Shown piece by piece: positions 28,740 through 37,350 of a DNA stretch of 64,000 bases. The position numbers were made by a program, and so were the translations under genes. The stretch comes from Raillietiella orientalis (taxonomy: Eukaryota). Within the stretch, counting starts at the first letter, position 1. Each line of letters opens with the position of its first letter. The stretch spans positions 3,596,001-3,660,000 of the forward strand of contig JAYWIR010000017.1 of assembly GCA_036172245.1 (NCBI GenBank). Reading direction: 5' to 3'. The notes beneath the pieces were generated by a model. It was given only the letters and a program-made list of their open reading frames with translations, was not told where the DNA came from and did not search any database.

Positions 28740-29338
28740 AGCTACTCCATGGATGTGGAGACCATTCTAAACAACCGTCTGTTTCAAAAATGTGTCCTTC
28801 GACTCTTGTGGGAATGCAACCGCATCGTAAATACCTCCTTGTCTCCTTCCCCGCGAACTGGACTACATGGCCTCAGGAGTCGGTTTCCGCGTGGGCTAAG
28901 TTCAATGACACCAGAAAGTGGACTACTCCTGCCTCCGTAGAGGCAGGTACGCTGGACAGCCCCTGCAGGAGATCGTTTTCAACCCACGGAAACTTCTGTG
29001 GGGTTCATTTATCCCCCTTGCCCCCGTGCTGCAATCCCTGAAAAACGCTAGGGACATCCAGGAGGAAGCATCGTGGAAAGTGTCCTGCCTCATAGAAAGC
29101 AGGAAAAAACTCTTGAAGGCGTGGACAGCTCGGAAGCTAGCGGACGCTGCAACCCCGATTGTCCTGCCTAAAGGACTTGTACGCTGGGACGAGCTGCTCG
29201 GCATACCTCCGGAGGAGGTGAAGTGGCCCCCAGCGCGTTGGGACAATGGCACCCTCCCCTTGGATTGGCAGGAGACGGCGTTGCTAGTGTTGCATTGGGA
29301 ACTCCTTTGCAGAGCACACCTCTCCCACTGGACACTAG
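28740..29338 (+). mobile_element. L1/Tx1-like LINE copy D, left part of the ORF2 C-terminal region
   Basis: WDELLGIPPEEVKWPP..PLDWQETALLVLHWEL..HWTL, homologous to the other copies. Ends at TSD TGGACACTAG (29329-29338). Left boundary approximate. Confidence 0.8.
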
Positions 29339-29340
29339 GG

Positions 29341-29975
29341 TGCCGCCCGCGTCGTAGGCTTTGTGGTTAAGGCTTCCGTGCGTGGCTCCATGCGTCGCGA
29401 GTTCGAATACTCCGGCAGAAACTGACGCCACTGCGTCGTTAGGTTCAGAGTTTCTCCTGCTGGTTGGCCGAGGCACTCGGGTGTGGCACCGGCGGTGGAC
29501 TAAGCCGGAGGTCCCTGATGAAGGCTGGAACGATGGGAGTCGACCTTCTGGTCCTTCCAGGAATCAAGGAGTGGGGAGTTTCCCCTCCGGTCGTACAACG
29601 GAGAGCGGATCCTCCTCACCGGGGGGACCTTTCCGGTTGGTTTCAACATGGAGCAGGAGCCCTCACGGGCACCTCTCCAGTTGTTTAAAGGAGCGGACCC
29701 CCCTGTTGCGGGGGGACCCTCCGAGTTGTGGCCTCTTTAAGGAGTGCAAGAAAGCAAAGGAGAGCGATTCCCTGCGGGAAGCTGCGAGCGCCCCTTCTGA
29801 GTTTCGGAAGCTTCCCTTTGGGGTTCTCTTCAGAGGAGTGAACAGGAGAGGTTCCTTTGCGGATCCCCTTCGGAGAAGATGAAATGGAGAGGACCACCCT
29901 CCCCATTAGGGAGTTTCCCTCCAAAGAGAATGAGGAAGGAGGTTCCCTTCGGGATTCCCCTTCGGAGACAACCAG
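29341..29975 (+). mobile_element. tRNA-headed SINE-like element, 635 bp, with 11-bp TSD
   Basis: Flanked by GGACACTAGGG at 29330-29340 and 29976-29986. A-box-like GGCTTTGTGGTTAAGGC (~29356-29373) and B-box GAGTTCGAATAC (29399-29410). No TTTT inside. Hairpin-rich tail. Confidence 0.75.
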
Positions 29976-29986
29976 GGACACTAGGG

Positions 29987-32881
29987 AGTTCCCACCCGGT
30001 CACGCCGGGGCATTTATTTCTAAACAGTATATTTGCGGCTAGGTCCGCTACGGCCAATAGTTCATGGGGTCTGCCGGGAAGCTGGTACGCAGACCGGCTC
30101 GACACTCCTTGGCAGCGGAGGGGGATGGGGGGGAAAACAAAAAGAAAAATAAAGGAAACAAAAAAAAAAACGGAACTTTGGAGGGCCGGGAAGGGATCAC
30201 AGCCCGCTGGAGGAAGAGACCATCCTTTCCAGGATGCCCTCGAGGTCCGTCGTCATAGCTCCCAGATGGGACCAGCCGATCGCGATTCGCAGGTAGCGAC
30301 CCGCGTGTACGATGGGGTCCCTATCGCTGCTTCCTCTGTTGGCTGCGCTCCACGCGGCCACAATCCCTCGGAGGCAGCAAAGCGCTGCCAGGGTTGAGGC
30401 TGGTGGCAGGGCGTCTCGCACGAAAAGGAGTCACAGAACGTCTCTGGGGGCACTGCCGACCGGCATCTGGAGGTCGTAGAAAAATGTTCCCACAAGGGCC
30501 GGAGGGCAGCGCAGTCCACTAACAGATGGGGGAGGGATTCCTTCTACCCGCACACTGCACACTTCTGTCCCACCTTCTCCAAGGTCCAGTGGTGGCGGCG
30601 CGCGTAGCAGGGAAGACCCCAGTGCAACAGCAGCAGCACCGATTCCTGCCACTTGAGGGGGAGATTAGATGTGTCTCTAAATACCGGGGGCCACTTTAGG
30701 TCATCCAGCGGGATGCCTAGCAACTCGCCCCATCTCTGAATTCCTCGCGGGAGGACGCTTATGGTCTCGGCATCAGCCAGTTCCCTCATGGTCCAACCGC
30801 TTAACAGCTTCTCCTTGCCAGCTATCCGGCAGGAGACTTGCCACCTCGGCGTTCGGCTGCTGCCGAGCGCCCTCCTCAAGAAGGGCAGTGCCGTGGTCAG
30901 TGGGGTCGTCTCTGCCCACGTGCTTCTGGCGGGACACTCGAGCATGTTTCGCAGCGTGCAGCGGGTGTAGATGCCGGGTCGCAGGCAGTTCCAGGATTCA
31001 CCACTTCTGGTTCAGCTTCGCCCACGTGCCGACTGTTTCTTCCAGCCATGCGCTGGAGTTGGCGGGGCTGCGGGTCATCCAGCCGTTCTCCTTGGCCAGG
31101 GTATCCATGCGTCCGAGGAGAAGGTCGCATCTTATTTTCCGACCGAGGCACAGAAGAAAAGAGGAGAGCCCTCCCGCTCTGGATACACATCTGGCGAGGA
31201 GGTGGATGGAACGCACCAATGGGTGCTCCAGTACTGCGCTGCGATGGCCAAAGTTCGCCATCGCAGCTGAATTTCCATGCGCTCCAGCGTCTGGAGGCCT
31301 AGACCACCATCACGACGCGGAGAGCACAAGTCCATCAAAGGGACTCGGGGCCTCCCCTTGCCCCAAAGGGCGATGCGCAGGAGGTCCTTTGTCCGTTTTT
31401 TCATACTCATGGGGACAGGGAAAACAAAAAGTAGGGGGCGAAGGATGGGGGCCGCAAAAGCGTTCCATACTGTGGCCCGTTCCGGCAAGTGGAACTTGCC
31501 CTCCAGGGACGGGCCGATCGCCAAATACACTTTCTGAAGACGGCCTGACCATGCTTCTGACGGGCAGAAGTCCCCCAGCGGAACGCCAAGGTACTTCAGG
31601 TGTGTGCCCGTCGGGATCCCCAGGCGGATCCAGTCAGGCCGTCCAACCCACGTCGCTCCAACTGCCACCATCGACGATTTTGCCCTGTTGACCCGTAGCC
31701 CTGTCCTATGGCTTAGCAGGTCGAAGAAATATTCGACTGCCGTTGCCGGGGAGGACATTGGGATCAGGAGCAGCAGATCGTCAGCATCGTCAGCCGGCGT
31801 ACCTGGGCACGAGCTCGGCAGGGCAACCAATGTCACCTTGTATGCTCTCAGCACCAGTTCGAAATAGGTGCTAAAGAGCAGGGGACTCAGACTGTCGCCC
31901 TACCGGATGCCGCGCCTTACCTTCACGCCGAACACGTTTTGTCCTCTGAAAGAAACGGTGATTATCGCATTGCGCCAGCAGGAGAGCGAGTAGGCCGTTA
32001 AGACGGCCGGGAAGCCCATGCAATCCAGGAGCTCCAGAAGGAGTTCCCGGTCCACGCAATCGAACGCTTTGTGCAGATCGACTGCGATCGCTAGAGCCCC
32101 CTTCCCTACCCGGTCGTCCCTTACCTGCCCCACTGGAGCCCCCAAATCAGGGCTGTAGACAATTCGTTTTCCCTTATTCTATTCCCTTTTTACATGGAAC
32201 CATGTGCTGGCGAGGAACATGTTCGCTTCCATGCTTCTCCCTGGAACAGCGTAAGTCTGTTCCGGACTGATGAAGCTATCCGCTACCTGTCCCAGCCGCG
32301 CAGCCCACAGTCCAGCCAGCAAATTGGCGTCCGTGTTCACAATTGTGATCGGACGCCAGTTGCTTACTTTATGGAGGTCTCCTCCCTTTGGAAGGAGCCT
32401 CACTCTGGCTGACCGAAACGAGGCGGGAACATCGCCTTCGTTTCGGATCAGCCGTGTCAACTCGAGCACCAGGGAAGTCAGCTCTGCGGCGAAGCACTGA
32501 AAGAACTCCGCCTACAGGCCGTCCTCCCCTGGCGCCTTACGCCTCTTGAGCCTTTTAATCGCGGTGATAATTTCACTGGTCGTAAAAGGCTCGTCGAGGC
32601 TTTCTTTCTCCTCCTCCCTTATGGCCGGGGCTTCATCTGGGAGCAAGCGCCGCGAGGCGTCCCACTCCGCAGGTGCTTTGGCATAAAGGGAGGAGTAAAA
32701 TCCACGCACGAGGCGACGTATCGATGCCAGGTCCGAGTGTTCCTGGTCCAAGTCGTCCAGCACGCTGGACGGCCCGATTTGCCAGGCTTGACGCTCGGCC
32801 CCGGCTTTGTACTCGGCCAAGCGACGGACGTCAGGGGTCCTCGCGTAACGACGGGCGTGCAAATACGCCCTTTCGTTACGG
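29987..32881 (-). mobile_element. L1/Tx1-like LINE copy A, 3' part: ORF2 tether, RT, CCHC finger and 3' UTR
   Basis: RLKRRKAPGEDGL, SNWRPITIVNTD, VDLHKAFDCV, KYLGVPL, GGLGL, CAVCG..PHLLVDC. Several stops and frameshifts. T-rich 3' UTR with AATAAA. Confidence 0.9.
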
Positions 32882-33865
32882 AAGGACGTGTTTTTCCGTT
32901 GCTCCGTCAACAAGTACCGGGAAGCGGTTTCTTCTTGGGAAGTGTGTGTTTTTTCACATCGTTGGTGTCCGATGGCATCGCTGCCAGAGGACACCACGAT
33001 GGAGGTAGGCGTGGGGGAGGCTAGTCCCCCCCACGGCCTACTGGATCAGGGGCATCCGCCCCGGAATCATCCCCGGCAACGCCGAGGACGTGGAGCGCCA
33101 TGGTGGCCGCGCCGAGCGCGGAAACCTTGGCGGAGCAAGCGGCTTACAGGGCCTCAGGATATAAACCATCTCTGGTTTATAAGGTAGGACCCCTGTTTGA
33201 TGGTCGCACCGCCCGGGCCTTCAGTAAGGCACTACAGGACTTTCCTGTAAGAGAAGAGGATCTTGACGGCCTCTCCGTACTCAGCGGGGGGCAGCGCGTG
33301 GAGGTCGTCTGCAAAGACGTAGCCTTAGCACAGCGCCTTATAAACACCCCGCTGAATGTGGATGGCCGGAAAATCCTACCGGTTAGCATGGACCGCTCCG
33401 TAGTGGTCCATCTAACCGGAATCACAAATCGGATGACGCGCTCGGCGGTCGATTCCGAGTTGATGAAATACGGAGAGGTACACGCGTTGTGGCCAAAGCC
33501 CACCATCTTCGAAGGCTTTCATAGCCATTTCGGAGGCCAGGCTGCAGCGCGTGTCACTGTCAATGAGGGTGCTGGGTTGCCCCACAAACTGGAGGTCGCG
33601 AAGAAATCCGTCGACCTCTGGTACGTGGGGAAACCCCGCTATTGTGGCTACTGCAATGCAGTAGGGCACTTGCGCAAGCGGTGCCCGAACATTGAGTGCC
33701 ACTTGTGCGGGGTTAAGGGACACGTGCGTCGTGTGTGCCCTAAACGCCCCACCCCGGTGCCACCTGCTGCCAAAAAGGCGCAGGCCAAAAAAATGAACAA
33801 GGTCGAAAGACCTAAGCGAGAAACTGGCCGGCCCCAGCCACCATCTCCTCTTCCTCTCACCCAGG
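32882..33865 (+). mobile_element. LINE 5' UTR and ORF1 (gag-like, two CCHC zinc knuckles), 3'-truncated
   Basis: ORF 33100-33969 contains CGYCNAVGHLRKRC and CHLCGVKGHVRRVC. Probable true start is ATG 32972, with a frameshift in C7 at 33026-33032. DPE-like GGACGTG at 32884. Fused at ~33866 to ORF2 C-terminal sequence in another frame. Confidence 0.85.
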
Positions 33866-34562
33866 CGTCTCCCGCTAAAGTGGCAAGAGTCGGCACTGCT
33901 GCTGTTGCACTGGGGTTTACCCTGCAACGCGCGCCGCTTCCACTGGACGCGAGGAAGTGTAAGCCCTGAGTGTGCCAGGTGTGGGGAGCGGGAATCGCTC
34001 CCCCACCTTCTAGTTGACTGTGCTGCCATCCGACCCCTGTGGGAACGGTTCGGGACGACCCTCGGGCTCCCAATGGGCAGCGCGCCCAGAGACGTTCTTC
34101 GGCCCCTCTTCGTGCGGGACGCCCTGCAGCCCGCCGCAGCCCTCGCAGCCCTCTGCTGCATCCGGGGCATCGTGGCGGCCTGGAGCGACATTTGCGACGA
34201 AGGAGTGGATGCCAACGAGAGGGAAGTCATCCCGTATGTTGTGAGCTTCATGCGAAGAGCTGCGAGATGGCCCCATCTGGGACAAACGCAGAAGGACCTA
34301 GAGGGCATCCTGCGAAGGATGGGCCCTCCTCCTAGTGGATAGTGATCCCTTCCCCTCCCTCCAAACTCCTTTTGTTTTTCTTTATTTTATTTTTTTTTGT
34401 TTTCTCCCAAACTCTCCTCCACTGCCGAGGAGCGTCACGCCGGGCTGCGTCCCGGCGTCCCGGCAGGTCTGGTGTTGTGCGGCCGTTAGTGGGGCCTCGT
34501 ACCACGTTTTTGTAGAGTTTCAATAAACGCCCCGGGCGTACCCGGGTGGCAACACCAAATCC
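33866..34562 (+). mobile_element. LINE copy B, 5'-truncated (ORF2 C-terminal finger and 3' UTR)
   Basis: PLKWQESALLLLHWGLPCNARR..CARCGERESLPHLLVDC, stop at 34342, then the conserved 3' UTR. Confidence 0.88.
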
Positions 34563-36544
34563 CGGCGTGTTGGTGCGGCGGGGCATAAGGAAGGGCGATA
34601 GCCTGAGTCCCCTGCTCTTTAGCACCTACTTCGAGTTGGTGCTGAGAGCGTACAGGGCGACTTTGGCTGCCTTGCCGAGCTCGTGCCCCGGCACGCCCGC
34701 AGTAGCAGCATACGTCGACGACCTTCTGCTTTTGCTCCCCATGTCCGCTCCGGCAGCGGCAGTCGAGGATTTCTTCGATCTGCTAAGCCACGGGACGGGA
34801 CTGCGGGTGAACAAGGCAAAGTCGTCGGTGGTGGCGGTTGGTGCGACGTGGGTTGGACGGCCTGACTATATCCGCTTATGGATCCCCGCGGCCAGGTACC
34901 TGAAGTACCTTGGCGTTCCGTTGGGGGACTTCTGCCCGTCAGAAGCCTGGTCAGGTTGTCTCCAGAAAGTAGAGCTGGCGATCGGCTCATTCCTAGAAGG
35001 CAAGTTCCTCTTGCCGGAACGGGCCGCGGTATGGAACGCGTTCGCGGCTCCCATCCTCCACCCCCTGCTTTTTGTTTGTCCCGTTCCCTTCCTGTTGAAA
35101 AAGAGGACGAAGGACCTACGCATCGCCCTTCGGGGCAAAGGGAGGCCGCGAGTGCCTCTGAAGGACTTATGCGCTCCGCGTCGGGACGGCGGTCTTGGTC
35201 TCCTGACGCTGGAGCGCTTGGAAATCCAGCTGCGATGGCGCACCTTGGCCATCGCAGCAAAGATGTGGAGCACCCCTTGGTGCGTTCCGGCCCGCCTTCT
35301 TGCCAGCCGTGTCTCCAGGACGCAAGGACTAGCGTCTTATCTTCTGTGCTTCGGCCGGAAGATACGAAGATGCGGCCTGCTCCTCGGACGCATGGACACC
35401 CTGGCCAAGGAGAATGGCTGGATGACCCGCAGCCCCGCCAACTCCTCCTCAGGGCTGAAGGAGACCGCTGGCACGTGGGCGAAGATAAATGAGAAGAACC
35501 ACGAGACGTGGAACTGCCTGCGAGTCGGCATCTACGCCCGCCGCACTCTGCGTGAAATTCTTTAATTTCCAGCCAGTTGCACGTGAGCGGAAGGGACACC
35601 CCTTGCTACGGCGATGCCCTTCGTGAGAAGGACGCTTCACAACAGCCGGAAGCCGAGGTGGCAAGTCTGCTGCCGTATCGCAGGCAGAGAGAAGATGATG
35701 AGCGGCTGGACCATGGGAGAGCTGACAGACGCTACGACCCCTAGTGTCCAGCCGAAAGGACTAAAGAGATGGGGCGAGCTGCTCGGCATCCGGTCGGATG
35801 ACCTGAAGTGGCCCCCGGTTCTGATTGGATCCAGGATTCTTCCCCTGGAGTGGCAAGAGTCGGAGCTTCTGTGGCTGCATCGGGGTCTACCCTGCAACGC
35901 GCGCCGCTTCCACTGGACGCGGGGAAGAGCAAATCCTGCGTGTGCCAGGTGTGGGGAGCAGGAGTCCCTCCCCCACCTCCTAGTTGACTGCCCTGCCCTC
36001 CGGATTCTTTGGGATCGTCTTGGAACGGCCCTTATGATACCGGTTGGTGGCAACCCCAGAGACGTTTACAGTCTTCTCTTCGTGCGGGACGCCCTGAGTC
36101 CAGCCGCAGCCTTGGCAGCACTTTGCTGCATCCGTGGTATTGTAGCGGCCTGGAGTGATGCCGAAGATGAAGATTGCAACGTAAGGGACGTCATCCCGTA
36201 TGCTGTTCGCTTCCTGCAGAGAGCTACCGGATGGCCCCAGCTGGGCAGAATGAAGGAAGACCTCGAGGGCATCCTGCAAAGGATGGGCCCTCCTCTCAGT
36301 GGAATGTGATCCTTTCCCGTCCCTCCAAACACTTTTTGTTTTTGTTTTTCTTATTTTATTTTTAGTTTTGTTTTTTCCCCCATCCCCATCCACTGCCGAG
36401 GGGAGTCACACCGGGCTGAGTCCCGGCGTCCCGGCAGGTCCGTTGTTGTGTGGCCGTTAGTGGGGCCTTGTACCACGTATGTAGTTGACCAATGCGAAGT
36501 TTTAATAAACGTCCCGGCGTACCCGGGTGGCATCACCAAATCCC
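34563..36544 (+). mobile_element. LINE copy C, from the RT core to the 3' UTR
   Basis: GIRKGDSLSPLLF, AYVDDLL, KYLGVPL, GGLGL, CARCGEQESLPHLLVDC. Premature stop at 35565. Conserved 3' UTR. Confidence 0.9.
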
Positions 36545-36910
36545 CGGGACAGGCGGTGCAGAGGGAACTCCTCGCAGAACTCGAGGACCGAGACCTTCAT
36601 GCGGTCCCAGTCGTCGAGATTCCGGAGGATGACGCCTCCCAGGAATTGGCAGAGATGTTTTGCCGCACCTGAGAATCGCGTCCAGTCCCCGGGCAGACGC
36701 CACGCCCTGGATGGTGGTCCTTTGTCGCGAGGCATAACCTCGAAAATGAGTCGGAAATGGTCCGATAGCGTCGACGGAAGTTTCCCTCGTCTGCCGACCC
36801 GTGGGCACAGGTCGGCGTCAAGCAAGACGTTTGGACGCTTTGGACCATTTCCGGGAGGTCCCACAACAAGTTGCTCGCCCGCATAGCAGCTCACAGCTCG
36901 TTGGCCGCGT
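36545..36910 (-). mobile_element. LINE copy A, 5' part (APE endonuclease C-terminus)
   Basis: LSDHFRLIFEV..WRLP..WDRMKVSVLEFC. Joins in frame to 32881 as HRLSR-NERAYL. Bounded by the TSD at 36911-36920. Confidence 0.8.
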
Positions 36911-37350
36911 TGGACACTAGAGAGTGTGGATGCCAATTGTGCAGGTGGCGGGGAAAGGGAAACTTTTCCCCACCTGCTAATCCTTGCCCTCCTCCCAATG
37001 TGGAATCGACTATCGTCGAGTCTGAACATTCCGGTTGGCAGCCCGAGAAACACTTTCCGTCGCCTCCTGATGCGGGGCGCCCTGCCAGCAGCAGCGTATG
37101 TTGCAGTTCTCTGCTGCATGCGCGGAATCCTGGATAAATGGACTGTGTCGATGCAAGGCCACAACAGTTGGAATGCCATTCACTGGGCAGCCATCTCCGT
37201 GGAGAAGGCTTCCCGATGGCTCCAGCTTCGAACTTTGGGACCTGCACTTGTCTGCATCCAAAACCGGATGCAGAGGACCGCCCACGGCGAGCAGTGATCC
37301 CTTCCCTCCCCCCCCCCCGGTAAAACATTGCCCTGTATTTTTGTTTTTTT
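36911..37350 (+). mobile_element. LINE copy D, right part
   Basis: WTLESVDANCAG..ERETFPHLL continues the left part in frame (HWTL|ESV). Stop at 37297, then a T-rich UTR. Confidence 0.8.

Noticed and set aside
29341..29417. Functional tRNA gene
   Set aside because: The anticodon arm and T-stem do not fold canonically, no T-run terminator follows, and it lies inside a TSD-flanked unit.
29410..29530. Type II hammerhead ribozyme (GAAAC at ~29418, CTGATGA at ~29515)
   Set aside because: Stem II pairs only with an offset and stem I does not close next to the core.
32870..33870. Twin-priming 5' inversion as the cause of the back-to-back ORF2/ORF1 arrangement
   Set aside because: Copy A rejoins in frame across 32881/36545 and has its own TSD, so nested insertion explains it better.
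34410..34500. Twister or HDV-like ribozyme in the LINE 3' UTR (either strand)
   Set aside because: Superficial GCCGG..CCGG and GTGGAGG similarity, but the UAA cleavage loop and the required pseudoknot pairings could not be placed.
30838..35599. Long antisense and alternate-frame ORFs (e.g. 30888-31691 +, 33412-34308 -, 34619-35599 -)
   Set aside because: Shadow ORFs of GC-rich LINE coding sequence.
35741..35750. CTAGTGTCCA (reverse complement of A's TSD) inside copy C
   Set aside because: It lies in continuous ORF2 coding sequence with no junction; treated as chance.
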